64,000 nucleotides of DNA from Cetorhinus maximus (GCF_964194155.1 NW_027596437.1:124001-188000), one strand, 5' to 3'; shown: positions 1-12,770, numbered from the stretch's first letter. Numbers and translations: made by a program. The notes: generated from the letters alone by a model not told the origin.

Positions 1-724
1 ATATTTTTAACTTGATTACTTCGTCTATAAATGAATTTTATGAGTTTTTTGACGTAAGTTACACTGCAATGCAGCCTTTGGGCTGTGAACATATTTCTTG
101 AATAAAATATTATTATATCAAAAAAATACTTACCCAATATGGGGAACAGAGGATAATTCAGTGGATTCAGAGCTTTCTTTCCAGCTCTGGTCGAACAAGC
201 TGTGGCTAAACTGGAGATATTTATATTTTAACTTGTTCACTACATTCGTGATCTGACCATGTTCAAACTATAACCACAAGGATACCTGTGCATTTTTCTG
301 ACTGTGAGCACAAGGCTGTTAATACATTTGCTGAGTCAATTTCAATTTAAACCAGGTTTAAAGACATGATGCTCTATTCATACATCAAAGGTGCGAGAGA
401 TGCTGTGGGACACACACTGTGTCCAGTAGCTGAAAGTGTTTAACAAACTGAGCTTTGGGTTTAGTGATCCTGGATATGTTAGTGATGTCTTTCCTGGATG
501 CTAAGACTAGGAGGGACAGTCTGGAAGGTATGGGGAGCTGGGACTTGTCCATGAGAGGAACTGAAGGTAGGAGAGCTGAAATAATCGAGAGTTAGAAAGG
601 GGGAAAGGTCCAAAGATGGAAGTGTCAGTAAAAGGACATCAATTACTTTCCTTTTATCCTGGAGAATTTAAGAGGATAACTGGGGCACTGAGTGCAGTTT
701 TGGTCTCCGTATTTAAGGAAGGAA

Positions 725-960
725 GAGGTCTTGTGGTGCAGTGGGTAATGTCCCTGTCTCTGAGCCGGAAGCTCTGGGTTCAAGTCGCACTCCAGGACTT
801 GGCCACGGAAGCTGTGTTCATCACACAGCCAAACAGCTCGGGTATCAACTTATAAACGCTCCCAACTCACACCGATGGCAGATGGAAAGAGAGGGAGGGA
901 GTCCGTGTCACCCATGTGGTGGAAAGAAGATTGGAGTCTCTTCCATCACTATTTCTAGCT
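725..960 (+). mobile_element. tRNA-derived SINE
   Basis: Pol III A box TGGTGCAGTGG (~734) and B box GGTTCAAGTC (~777), followed by a non-tRNA body; no complete cloverleaf. Confidence 0.6.
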
Positions 961-1179
961 CCGGACTACAACATGTATGTTAAAGTGTATGTTGTCATAG
1001 CAACTCGGACTCCTTAGGCGGGCAGTTTGCTGGATGGCTGGTGTGGATCCGATTGGTACAAACAGCATGGAGTTTGATTCCTGTTCCAGCTGGGGTGGAT
1101 TTGGGACCCGCCTCCTTGCCCTGTGCAGGGTGGAGATCAGGGTGCTGTGAGTCAGACCTGCTTTCAGGCAGAGAACTGA

Positions 1180-1680
1180 AGAAGATGAAGATTTAATGAA
1201 GGATATAGTTGCATTGGGAGGCAGTACAGCACTGTATTGGTTCCTGGGATGAGAGGGTTGTCTTACGATGAGAGGCCTATATTCTCTGGCGTTCAGGGGA
1301 GTGAGAGGTGATCTCACTGAAACATATAAGATTCTGAATGGGCTTGACAGGGTAAACACTGGGAGGTTGTTTCCCCTGGCTGGCGAATCGAGGAGATGGG
1401 GGCACACACTCCGGTTAATTTAGAATTGAGGTGAGGAGACATTTATTCACATGAAGACATGTGAATGTTTGGAATTCTCTTTCCCCAGAGGGTTGTACAT
1501 GCTCCATTGTTGAACATATTTAAGACTGAGATAGACAGATTTTTGGTCTCTCAGGGAATCAAGGAAATGGGGAGTGGGCGAAAAAGTGCAATTGAAGCTA
1601 ACGATCAGCCATGATCGTATTGAATGGCGGAGCAGGCACGATGGGCCATATGGTCTGCTCCTCTCTTATGATTTTATGAC
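1180..1680 (+). mobile_element. CR1 LINE 3' fragment
   Basis: Typical CR1 ORF2 end/3'UTR (gaggtgatctcactgaaacatataagattct...gatcagccatgatcgtattgaatggcggagcaggcacgatgggcc). Confidence 0.8.
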
Positions 1681-1816
1681 ATGCAGTCTGCTTCCCCCAA
1701 AACTGATACATTTGACCAATGTCCAGAATATTAAACTCCAGGCCAGTTATAGGAGGTATTAACATCAGCAAAAACAAACAAAGGACTTGATTAACAGCAA
1801 TTTCCAACCTCTACAA

Positions 1817-2407
1817 TCACTTGTGAACTCGCTGGTGTGTCAGCAAGTGAGAAGAACGAGCAAATCTCTTCCCACAGACAGAGCAGGTGAACGGCCTCTC
1901 CCCAGTGTGAACTTTCTGGTGTCTCAGCAGGTTGGAAGACTGAGAAAAGTGCTTCCCACACACAGAGCAGGTGAATATCTTCTCCCCTGTGTGAACCCGT
2001 TGGTGTCTCACCAGGTTGGATGAAGAAGTGAATCCCTTCCCACACATGGAGCAGGTAAGGGGTCGCTCTCCAGTGTGAACTCGCTGGTGTTGAATGAGGT
2101 GAGATGACTGTCTGAATCTCTTCTCGCATTGAGAACAACCAAATGGTCTCTCGTCAGTGTGAACAAACTGGTGTTTAATTAGATCCGGTGAGATTTTAAA
2201 GCCTTTCCCAATATTAGAACATTTAAATGGCCTCTCGTCAGTGTGAACTAGCTGGTGTAACTGAAGGCTGGACATCAGAGTGAATCCCTTCCCACACACG
2301 GAGCAGGTGTATGGTCTCTCCCCAGTGTGAGTGCGTCGATGAGCTTCCAGCTGGGATGGGCAAATGAATCCCTTCCCACAGTCCCCACATTTCCATGGTT
2401 TCTCCAC
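1817..2407 (-). CDS. C2H2 zinc-finger array (7 fingers, finger 3 defective CSNI); possibly a pseudogene because the paralog-conserved ATG of MEKPWKC is GTG
   Basis: Repeated CxxC...HxxxH with TGERPF linkers; start codon 2405-2407 reads GTG; in-frame TGA upstream at 2444-2446 and 2456-2458; splice acceptor ttacag|GGTATTAG at ~2640. Confidence 0.75.
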   Translation of the reverse strand: MEKPWKCGDCGKGFICPSQLEAHRRTHTGERPYTCSVCGKGFTLMSSLQLHQLVHTDERPFKCSNIGKGFKISPDLIKHQFVHTDERPFGCSQCEKRFRQSSHLIQHQRVHTGERPLTCSMCGKGFTSSSNLVRHQRVHTGEKIFTCSVCGKHFSQSSNLLRHQKVHTGERPFTCSVCGKRFARSSHLLTHQRVHK

Positions 2408-3089
2408 GATGCGGGTGTCTTTGTGGCTCTCCAGGTTGGACGATCAGTTGAAGCCTCATTTATATTCAGAACACGTGTCCAGTTGCTCCCTACTGTGAAG
2501 GGTTCAATGTTTTTTTCAGGCTGTGGAACTGGTTCATGCTGTTTCCACAGTCAGTTCACTGGGATACTCTCACTCAGGTTTGTGTGTGTATCTTGGTACT
2601 TCGGTTTGCATACTCTGTAAATCCTCCCCTTCTAATACCCTGTAAATTAAATTTATAAAGTTTATTATTGTAAATACAGGACAGATATTTAGAATCGACT
2701 GTTCTAGTTACCATGGAACTTTCTTTTGTCTCTCAATTTCCATAGAATTGTGCTTGATTGCAACTGCCCTCTGAAATGGCCTAGCCAGCCACTCAGTTGT
2801 GTCAAAACACACGACAGAGAAAAACTCTATGAGCGTACCGACATCAAATTACCTTCAGCAGTGCAAGAAGGCGGCTCAGCACCACCACAAGGGAAATTAG
2901 TAATGGGTAACAACTGCTGTCCTTGCCAGCAATGCATACAGCCCATGACTGACTTAAAAGAAACCACAAATATGAAACCTATGTGTTTGTTTTCGTGAGT
3001 CTTCCCTCCTAATCCCTGTGAAAGGAGTTTATTAAATCCATCACTGTCAGCCCTGGACAGAAAGTCATAACATTCTCTTTCTGCTTCCG

Positions 3090-3200
3090 GGCCCTGGATA
3101 ACTGCGCATGCGTACTGCTACAAAGCTCAGCCCCTCTGGACACACACGTGACCCAGATACACCAATCGGCTTCTCTCTTGGACAGTAGGAGCGGTTGGGA
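3090..3200. promoter_or_regulatory. Promoter-like segment (NRF1-type GCGCATGCG and CCAAT box) upstream of the minus-strand ZNF
   Basis: ctgcgcatgcgtactgc at ~3102, ccaatc at ~3161. Confidence 0.4.
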
Positions 3201-3539
3201 AAATTAAGAAACAATCGTAGGGGAAACATTTTTATCAACATCTACTAACAGATATATTAAAAGCTTACTTCTTACTGTCTAAGAACAGTAAAAGGGACTG
3301 CTTAATGCATAGGCAATCTAAAAGTTTTTGTAGCACCATAAAGCTTTTGTGCCAACCACGAAGCTTAACAGTTGACAGGACTGTAAAGCTCTCGGGGTAG
3401 GAATTCAATTCAGTGCAATACTTTTGCAACTCAATGTTCCTGCAGATGGATGGGGGTGAATTGAGTCCTTCCCTTCAACCACCCGTAAATAAATAACTAT
3501 AAACTAATCGGGACTGTCAATGGCGGGGCTTTTACCCAT

Positions 3540-3870
3540 CATCCGCCGCGGTGGAGAATGCCCCCTATCCACACCCCGGGAGAGCAATACGCAGGCGCAG
3601 TGATGATGATGATGGATAAACCCTTGTTTACCGCATTTGCAGCCGGTAAGCGGAGAAGGGAGCGATGGACCCGGCGGGTGGGCAGGGAGGTATCAATAAC
3701 ACCCAGTGTCGGCTGCCAGCACCGAATGAGAACCTGCAGTCCGGCGTTTGAGGCTCCGAGTTTTTTTTCCCGGGGAAAGGCCCAGATCAACGGCCACCAT
3801 CTTGTTTTAGTAGGTAGGAGAGCGCATGCGCTGCAATCTTGGTGACGCAACAAAGGGAGGGCGGGTGTTC
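3540..3870. promoter_or_regulatory. CpG island between two head-to-head ZNF units, with NRF1 and YY1-like motifs
   Basis: CpG-rich; GCGCATGCGC ~3822; CCACCATCTT ~3794; GC box gggcggg ~3859; donor-like CCG|gtaagc ~3646. Confidence 0.65.
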
Positions 3871-4184
3871 AGGGTCTCAGTGACCAAGAGAAAAATCATT
3901 AATAAATAATAAAATCATTGATTTTACTCTCATCCTGCTCACAGGGGCTGGAGAACTGAACCCAGGCAGAGGAGGGGAAGGGAGAAACTGGGAGTGGAGG
4001 AAAGAAATGGTGCAGATGGTGAGACGGGTTTCGATTTCAGCCCAAGGTGAGGGAGACTGTGTGGAATGGGGACTTACAGCTTTTGGAGAACAAAAGGGAA
4101 AAATATCTTCCAAAGAAACTAGAATTGTCTTCTGAATTTCTATCCTGGACTTACAGCGATGACTATTGTAAACTCCTTTTCCAG

Positions 4185-5367
4185 GTCATTAAAATGGAGG
4201 ATTTGTATACAGGAAACTCAAACATCAAGTCAAGAGTAGACAGAGTCACCTCAGTCATCAAGATCTGAGTATCATCAGCCTTTGAATGTAGAGGAAGAAA
4301 TGTTTGTCTCGTCTGTCTATGGAAAAATATTACAAAGATCAGTGTGACTGGAAAAGCACTGGGACACACATCCAAGTGAGAGGGTTCCAATGCACTGACT
4401 ATGGAAAGAGCTTTAACCAGTTACACGGCTTGAATAAACATCACACCATTCACAGCAGACAGAAACTAAACTGTACAGGTGTTCTGAGTATGAATGAGGT
4501 TTCAACTGATTGTCCGTTGGAGAGACACAGGGACACTAACACCATGGAGAAACCATGGAAATATGGGGACTGTGGAACCGGATCCATTTCCCCATCCCTG
4601 CTGGAAATGCATTGGCGTATTCACACTGGGGAGAGGCCATTCACCTGCTCTGTGTGTGGGAAGTGAATCTCAGTAATCCCGCCTTCTGACACATCAACTT
4701 GGTCATTCCGATGACAAACATTTTAAATGTTCTGACCATGAGAAAAGCTTCAAAAGAAAAATGGATCTGACACACCAACTCCTTCACACTGGGGAGAGGC
4801 CGTTCACCTGCTCTGACTGTGGGAAAAGATTCAGGAGTTCATCCAATCTTAATACCCACCAGCGAGAGGCCATTCACTTGTTCGATTTGTGGGAAAGGAT
4901 TCACTCAATCATCTGTTCTGCTGACACACCAACTTGTTCACAGTGCTCAGAGACTGTTCAAATGTTCTGACTGTGAGAGGAGCTTTAAAGGCCCAACAGA
5001 TCTGCTGAAATACCAGCGAATTCACACTGGGGAGAGGCCATTCACCTGCTCAGAGTGTGGGTAGGGATTCACATGAACATCCCACCTTCAGAAACACCAG
5101 CAAGTTCACTCCATTAAGAAACATTTTAAATGTTCTGACTGTGGGAAGATATTTGAAAGCAGAAATCAAATGATGCAACACCAGTGCTCACACACTGGGG
5201 AGAGGCCTTACACCTATCCTGTGTGTGGGAAGGAATTCAAATATCCATTCCTTCTGCTGACACTCCAGCGAGTTCACGTCAGGGAGAGGCTGTTCATCTG
5301 CTCTGTGTGTGGGAAGGGATTCAATGTGTCATCCAATCTGCAGAGACACCAGGATGTTCACAAGTGA
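4185..5367 (+). pseudogene. C2H2 zinc-finger pseudogene
   Basis: Finger repeats broken over several frames by in-frame stops (4664-4666 TGA, 5062-5064 TAG) and a frameshifting deletion near 4860; same acceptor module and 3'UTR as the neighbouring ZNFs. Confidence 0.9.
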
Positions 5368-5629
5368 CTGCAGGGGTTTGAATTCCATTGTTATTACCGT
5401 AGTTAATCACCTCCAGGACTGGACAATGTTCATTTTGATACGAGGTGTTTGTTTCTGCTGATAATGATCCCTATAACTGGGCTGGTGTTTAATTCTGGAT
5501 AAATGTTAAATTAATCAGCTTGGTGTCAAACACACTGTGTGGAGTATTTGTTTTCTCCAGGATAAGAGGAGACTAATTGAAATCTTGTTGTCAACTGTTC
5601 CATTTCTGGGCCTTTTCTCCTCCGTTCAA

Positions 5630-5960
5630 GAAAGATTTGTATTTCTGTAGAGCCTTTCATGACACCAGGATATCTCAAAGCATTTAACAGCTAATGAAAT
5701 TTCTATGAAGTGCAGCACATGTTGTAATGTAGGAAATACAGCAGCTCATTTATGCACAGCAAGATCCCATGGAAGCAACATGATCAGACCCAGAAAAGCT
5801 GTTTGAGTGATGTTGATCAAGGGATCAACATTGGTCATGACACTGGGCAGAGCTTCCCTGCTCGTCAAAATAGCAGCAATGGATCTTGTATACCCATCGG
5901 CTGAAGATCTCATCTGACAGTGCAGTGCTCCCTTGGTACTGCAACGGAATCGTCATCCTT
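5630..5960 (-). mobile_element. Deu-domain SINE (SacSINE1/AmnSINE1-like), degenerate
   Basis: Reverse-complement Deu core: acagctaatgaa...tgttgtaatgtaggaaa...tgcacagcaagatccca...gacagtgcagtgctccc. Confidence 0.65.
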
Positions 5961-7539
5961 CCATCTACATGACATGATGGACGTACAGCAAATCAAACTG
6001 TTGGGGATGGGGGAGCCTCATATGGTTCACTTTTACTGATGGCTGAAGAGACCAATCCGTGGGAGGCAGGTTCTGCCACAAGTGTCAGATGTGAAGTGGT
6101 TCTCAGGTGGGGTTGTGGGTTGTTGTTTTCAGTGTTGGCGCCTGTTGCCAAGTGGCTGCAGTCACCAGGGATGAGAATAGCCAAAGACAGAAAGGTCTGA
6201 AAATCTTTTGGTGATAAGGAATCATGTAATTTAGCAGTTTTTATGATGTGAAATAAATTCAAATTCTTCTAGCCCACTTCAAATGGGTGGAATTATTCAA
6301 CTTCAAGTGGGTAAAACCTGAGTTTTCCTTTTGTTTACCTTCTATTACCATCAAAACTGTGACCAATGCCTTTGTATCAAGTCACCAGAGTGAGATGAGC
6401 ATTCAATGCAGTTAGTGCCTGTAATACAGGATGAAGTCCATACTAACAACAACATGAGCTTGCTGGGTTATGTACATGCGAAGTGAAGCAAAGGGTTATG
6501 TCAGTGTGTCACCAGCTATTTTCCAATGTGCCACCATTTTAACTCACCAATACCTTCGAGGGCAATTAGGGATGGGCAACAGATGTTGGTCTTGCCAGTG
6601 ATGCCCACATTGCATAAACAAACATCTATACAACAAAACTCTTGAAAATTAATGTGATCCCAGACGCCAGTAAAAACAAAGCAATAAAGCAGCACAGTAA
6701 CATTCAGCAAATAATTGTTAAAATCCACATCATAGATCAACATATCAATATGAAAGTCTGTATTTTTAAAGAACTTGCTAAAAATATTATTTTACACATT
6801 CGTAGGTTAAGCCAACTCAGTGAAACTCCTCACACCTCCATCCTCCCACACACACTTTGTAATCAGCTGCTCCCTCACACCGCCCCCCCCCCCCCCCCCC
6901 CGCCCCGCCCATTACACACACACACACACACACACGCCCTTCTTTCCAAATCCCACCCACTCACTCACTCGGCAGTCCCATTCACCAACCCCATCCATTT
7001 AGCAGTTTCTCTTCTCAACCCTGCCCCCCGCCCCCCCACCCCCCCAATTCTTCCCAACCTACACCCCTACCCCAACTCATTCAGCAGCCCCTCTTCCCAA
7101 TGCCCCCACTCACTCACTCGGCTTTCCAAGAGCCTGACAGCAATACAGAGCCATCGTGGGGCCCCATCGAACCCTTCGTGAGCAGGTCACTGTGACTGAA
7201 AACTGGCACTGATTCACTATAATCAGCCAAGACTTGGGTTCCACTGCTCCCAGCCCGCTAGCTAGTTCTGTGTCAAAGCAAATCCCTTCACAGGTCAGGG
7301 ACTCTCATTCGAACTTGATTCAATGAACAACTCATATTATAAACAAAGAATGTACCAGTCTGAAATAGCCAGTTGTTAAATTAATTTTAGAAGACTAATT
7401 AATCTAATGAAGGTTGTTCAGAGTCTATTTTCTACAAGTACTTTATTTATTGAATTATACTATTCACAATAAGCTGCTGTTTCCAAATGTTCCAGAGAAC
7501 AAAAGACTTCTGTCTCAGGCTCGACTCTGCTGCTTCCCC

Positions 7540-8340
7540 ACACCCCATCCCCAACTGGTCTGCATGTAGATGTAGTCTTTTAAGCAAAACCCTACCGAAG
7601 GTCTTCCCTGTGACACTGAGAAGTGAGATGCCCCTGTAGTCTTTGCTTTTGTATATTGTGATGATTTTTGAATCACACATATCGGGTCGAAGGGATCATA
7701 CCTTCCAATAGAGACAGAGGTCGTGAAAGTGTGGCAGGAGATGGGACTTTCTGTGCTTGAGCAGTTTGGCTGCAAGAGCCGGGTGCCTTCCTGTTTGCTA
7801 AGAAATCGATGGTCTTTTTGAGCTCATCCAACTCAACCCTGACAGGAAGCTGTGGGAAAGTGTCAAACGGAAACTGGGAGATGTCCATCTCATGGGTGTA
7901 CAGCTGACAGTAGTGTTCAACCCAGCAGGACATATGTTTACATCAGTTGGTGAGTACTTCACCATCTGTCAATTTCAATTTCAGGGGGGCAACTTTGGTG
8001 ATGGTAGGACCAAGTGTGCTCTTGATCCCATCATACATAGCACGCAGATTACCATTGTCACAGGTGGTTTGGATTTCATGTAAGTTGATCCAGAGTTTAT
8101 TTGCACATCATCACCCTGTTCTTTTTGCACAACTGTCTTGATACTTTTAAGTGATTGAGTGTTCTATGCTGTGCATCTGGTGGGCTTTGCTTTTTGCTTC
8201 AATGACAGATGCCATCTCTGCTGAGTGGGTCTCAAACTAGTCTTTGTTGTGGGTTCCACCTTTACCAAAAGTTGCTGCTGCTGTGTCAGAAATGATTGAA
8301 TCAGTGACTTCCAAACTTCATCAATATCAATGTTGATTGA
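7540..8340 (-). mobile_element. RTE-clade LINE fragment
   Basis: Broken frames give WVEHYCQLY, KAPG and DYRGISLLSVTGKTFGRVLLKRL (RT N-terminal region). Confidence 0.8.
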
Positions 8341-8779
8341 TGAAGCTTTTATTGATGTGCCTGTAAAATATTTTACTGTTTTGTTTATGTTCCTTAATTT
8401 AATTTCATAATGGAGGTGTCACTATGAAAAATGTGGAAGTCATTAAGAATTGTCAGCAAGGATTAATTAGCACTTTCTAATTGGAGATGTTAATCGGAGG
8501 AACCCTTCAGACACTGAATTGTAGATTTTTCATCAAAGATCAATTTAGGATTGAAGTAAAAGTTCATAATTTTATTGTAAGCGGGTTCTTGTTGAGATTT
8601 CTTAAACTAAGGGGAAAGATCACAGATGGTGCTTTTAAAACGGGACATTGCAGACCCGAAAATCAGTGACATCTCCGGAACATTCAACTCCAGCCAGTTG
8701 TGGGGTTGTTAATAACATCAGAATGCCAATGCTGGACCTGATTCACAGCAGCAAAAACAGCAGAAACCAATCCCCGCAG

Positions 8780-9670
8780 TCATTTATGAATTTGCTGGTG
8801 TCTCAGCAGGTGTTGTGACTGAGTGAATCTCTTCCCACACACGGAGCAAATGAACGGTCTCTCGCCAGTGTGAATTCTCTGGTGTATCACCAAGTTGGAG
8901 GACTTTGTGAATCCTTTCCCACACACAGAGCAGATGAATGGCTTCTCCCCAGTGTGAACTCGCTGATGTTTAACAAGGCTGGATGAACACCTGAACCTTT
9001 TTCCACAGGAGCTGCAGGTGAATAGCTTCTGCTCAGTGTGAGCCTGCTGGTGGTTCTGGAGGCTGGATAACCGAGCAAATTCCTTCTCACACAAGGAGCA
9101 GGTGAACGGCCTCTCCTCAGTGTGAATTTGCTGGTGTGCAGTGAGGTTGGATGAAGATCTGAACCGCTTTCCACAGTAAGTGCAGATGAATGGCTTCTCC
9201 TCAGTGTGAATAAGCTGGTGTGTCAGCAGGTGGGATGACCCAGTGAACCTCTTCCCACACACCGAGCAGGCGAACAGCCTCTCCCCAGTGTGAATTCGCT
9301 GGTGTGCAGTGAGGTTGGAAGAAGATCTGAATCTCTTTCCACAGTAAGTGCAGATGAATGGCTTCTCCTCAGTGTGAATAAGCTGGTGTGTCAGCAGGTG
9401 GGATGACCCAGTGAATCCCTTCCCACAAACTGAACAGGTGAATGGCTTTTCCACAGTGTGAATGTGTTGATGGTTTTTCAGCTGGGATGGATAATTGAAT
9501 CCTTTACCACAATCTTCACATTTCCATAGTTTCTCTTGGGTGCTGGCCCCAGTGTGACTGTGTTGATGAATTTCCAGAAGGGATGGATAATTGAATCCTT
9601 TACCACAGTCCCGACATTTCCATGGTTTCTCCATGGTACCAATGTGCTTGTGTCTCTCCAGGTTGGACAT
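8780..9670 (-). CDS. C2H2 zinc-finger protein (10 fingers)
   Basis: Uninterrupted 296-aa ORF with ATG start, canonical fingers and linkers; conserved acceptor module ~9990 and 3'UTR ~8680-8780. Confidence 0.85.
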   Translation of the reverse strand: MSNLERHKHIGTMEKPWKCRDCGKGFNYPSLLEIHQHSHTGASTQEKLWKCEDCGKGFNYPSQLKNHQHIHTVEKPFTCSVCGKGFTGSSHLLTHQLIHTEEKPFICTYCGKRFRSSSNLTAHQRIHTGERLFACSVCGKRFTGSSHLLTHQLIHTEEKPFICTYCGKRFRSSSNLTAHQQIHTEERPFTCSLCEKEFARLSSLQNHQQAHTEQKLFTCSSCGKRFRCSSSLVKHQRVHTGEKPFICSVCGKGFTKSSNLVIHQRIHTGERPFICSVCGKRFTQSQHLLRHQQIHK

Positions 9671-10399
9671 TCAGTGAAGCCTCATCCACATACAACACTT
9701 GTACAGTTTCTCCTCACTTTGAATGGTGTGATGTTTTTTCAGACTGTGTAACTGGTTGCAGTTATTTCCAGTCAGTTCACTGGAACACTCACTTGGGTGT
9801 GTGTTTCTCGGTGCTTTTCCAGCCACACTAATGTTTGAAATCTTTTCCAACAGACTGAACAGATAAACATTTATCTTTCCACATTCAAAGGCCAACGATA
9901 TTCAGGTCCAAATGAATTAAGTGAGTCATCCAGATTGTGATATGATGTTTGGTTTGAGTTTTACATCTGCAAATCCTTCCAATATTCTGTAAAGGGAGTT
10001 TACAAAAGTCATCAAAACAGACAATTCTAGTTTCTATGGAACTTGTTTTCCTGTCTTGTTCCCCCAAAGCTGTAAATCCCCGTCCCACACACTCTCCCTC
10101 CTCCCTGGGCTGAAATCCAAACCCATCTCACCATCTCCACCATTTCTTTCCTCCACTCCCAGTTTTCTCCCTCCCTCTCCCCTGCCTGGGTTCAGTTCTC
10201 CAGCTCCTGTCTGCAGACTGACAATAAAATCAATGAGTCTTATTGGGAGTTTGGGGCCCCCAGCGGGTGTTTCTGAATCCTCCCCGCCCACCTCCCAGGG
10301 TTTCCTTCCTTCCCACAGATCAGATCCTCATTGATTTGAGCCCAAAGTGTAACCTCTTATTTATTGTCCCCCCTCCCCCATCCTCTGATGTGAACCATC

Positions 10400-10930
10400 C
10401 TCCACTCGCTGAGCCAGGATGGCGGCCGTTAACCTGGGCCTGTTCCCGGGAGGGAGAAGCCCCGCAGCTGCAAACCAGGAGCTGACAATTATTCCTCAGG
10501 GTTTGCGGATCCACAAAGTGTTTCCAAATCCTCCCCGTCCAGCCGCCGGCTCCATCGCTCCCTCCCCCCGGGCCTGTCACCGCGGGGTAAACACGGGGCC
10601 TGGGGCCTACCCCAGAAGTTGCTCCAGTTCCCAGTCCAGCCGCGGTTTCCATTCCTACCCTGTGCTCACAATCTCCTCCCGCCTCCCGAACCGTCCGCTC
10701 CTCCTCACTCTGTCACCATGACTGACACTGAGCATGCTCAGAGCGCTCACCCACACTGCACCTGCGCACTGGGAGTTGCCTCACCGGCCGCCGCCATCTT
10801 GGGAGAGGAAGACGGGTCTTGTTCAGAGTGCCAGGCGCATGGGCGACCATCTTGGAGAAGGCGGGGCTTTCTCCCCGGTGACCGGCCCGGGTTACCCGGG
10901 CAACCGGCCGCCGCCATCTTGTGATGAGGG
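10400..10930. promoter_or_regulatory. CpG island / probable bidirectional promoter of the ZNFs at 8780-9670(-) and 13114-13908(+)
   Basis: High CpG; YY1-type CGCCGCCATCTT at ~10789 and ~10909, GACCATCTT ~10845, GATGGCGGCCG ~10418; minus-strand donor GGCCG|gtgagg ~10783. Confidence 0.7.
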
Positions 10931-11074
10931 TTTTCCATCCGGGTCTTTAGTGAAGGAATGGACAATGAGCTGGAGTCAGTTTGCAAACTGTTCAGAGGAA
11001 GGTCTGAAATCAGATTTACATCCAGATACCTGTAAGGACAATAAACTTTACATCAATTATGTGTTTAAAATTAA

Positions 11075-11235
11075 ATCAGGATGCTGGAAATACTCAGTTC
11101 TGAAGAAGAATCATATTGGATTGGAAATGTTAAATCTGTTTCTCTCTCTTCACAGAAGCTGCCAAACTTGCTGAGGATTTCCAGAACTTTCTGTTTTTAT
11201 TTCAGATTTCCAGCATTCACCTTATTTTACTAAAA
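11075..11235 (+). mobile_element. Penelope-derived pseudo-LTR fragment
   Basis: agttctgaagaag...gaaatgttaaatctgtttctctct...tgctgag...tttccagca; same family as 24384-24650. Confidence 0.6.
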
Positions 11236-11639
11236 TTATTATGTTTCTTTGCAATTTTGTTGAATATCTAATTAATAGTAAAATAATTGTGACCATTTAA
11301 ATGTACAAATCAGTGATATTTATTTGTGTAACTGAGACTCGGCTGTTCAGGAACAATGTCAGAAATCACTTCACAGAAAATATAGTGGAAATCTGGAATT
11401 CTGTGGAGATTTGGTCAATTCAAAATTAAAAAACTGAGATTGCTGGACGTTTGTGAGGCAAGTGAGTATTTAGAGTCATGGAATCAAGGGAGATGGATGG
11501 ATTTAATGTAGAAATCAGGCACCTACATACTGGAGCTCAGTATCTGAGGTTGGACTGATTCTGCTTTTGTTTTGAAGGTGGTGTAGGTTTCCCGTCTGTT
11601 CTGTAAATTATCTCCACACCTGTGGGTAATTTTCTCAAA

Positions 11640-12260
11640 GTGAGATGCAGAGAGGAAATTGGAGGAGGGTTGGTGCAAAGGCACAGCCTTGCCTGATCCC
11701 AGTCTTCACTGTGATACAGTCTGTGGTGGTTCTGTTGATGAGGATCACGGCTTTCATGACATTGTGGAGTAGGTGGAGGTTGGTGGCAAATTTCTGAGCG
11801 CAGCTAAATTTGAGGCAGATACTGCTTAAACTTCATGTTTGACAGTGCAAAAGGCTTTTGTGAGGTCGAAAGAATTCAAGTTCAGCAGTTGGTGCAGTTC
11901 CTTGCAATTTCTTGGGCTTTCCCTGCAGTGAAGGTGATGCCTTTCGATGGGGGAAAACTGCCTTGCGACTCTGGAAGGAGCTCTTCAGCCATTGGGAGGA
12001 CGCAATTGAGGATGATCTTTGCCATAGCAGACAGCAGGGAGACTCCTCTGTAATTATCGCAATAGGACTCATCTCCCCTCTTGAACACAGTCACAGTGTC
12101 CCAGAGATTCCCTGTCATGCTTCCCCCTTCCCAGGTGAGGGATATGAGGTTGTGCAGCTGTGCCAGGAGTGTAACTCTGTGGCATTTCAGAATTTCAGCA
12201 GAAATTCCATCTGCTCCAAAACGTTAATGTTGAAATTGTGCTGCAATGGAATACAAGCTT
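11640..12260 (-). mobile_element. RTE-clade LINE fragment (RT)
   Basis: GDESYCDNYRGVSLLSAMAKI...AEELLPESQGSF on the minus strand. Confidence 0.8.
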
Positions 12261-12269
12261 TAGGTGGGT

Positions 12270-12453
12270 AATTAAGCACAGCTATCCCCAGTAGGGGAAG
12301 GATTAGGGAATCTTTGCAACTGTATATAAACTAGTTTACTCTGGGTGTCTGGGAGACTCTGTTACTTGACTCTGCTGTCTTGGAAATAAACCTGTTTTAA
12401 GGTACAGGCTAGTTTCAGACTCATTCTTCCTCAGCATAGTTATTGGAATTAAC
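12270..12453 (+). mobile_element. Partial LTR (3' half)
   Basis: TATATAAA ~12323, AATAAA ~12385, ends in ...TAACA. Confidence 0.4.
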
Positions 12454-12574
12454 AAGGGGAACCTGGAGTTGATAGTTTTCACATACACCTATCCTGGTTC
12501 TTCCGGGAAGTGGAGGTTGAACGTTTGGGAGATGCTGTCATAGTTCTGGTTGAATTGTAGATATATAAAATCCC

Positions 12575-12770
12575 TCTCCTTCACCCTCTGCCCTCCCTCT
12601 CTGTTTCTACCTCTCTCTGTCTCTGTCTCTCTGTGCGTCTCTCTTTCTCCCTCCATCTCTCTCCCTTTGTCTCTCCCTCCCTCTTTCTCTCTCCCTCCGT
12701 CTCTATCTGTCTGTCTGTCTCTCTCCTCTTTCTCCCTCTGTCTCTGTCTCTCTCTCCCACTCTCTCTGCG
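12575..12770. repeat. (CT)n/(CTGT)n microsatellite
   Basis: Seen directly. Confidence 0.95.

Noticed and set aside
725-800. tRNA gene
   Set aside because: A/B boxes are present but there is no proper cloverleaf or terminator; it continues into a SINE body. The same applies at 35446 and 39953.
6642-7181. 179-aa proline-rich ORF
   Set aside because: TTG start, built from poly-C and (CA)n low-complexity sequence.
10320-11174. Several 80-146 aa ORFs over the CpG island
   Set aside because: GC-rich stop-poor promoter DNA with no recognisable domain.
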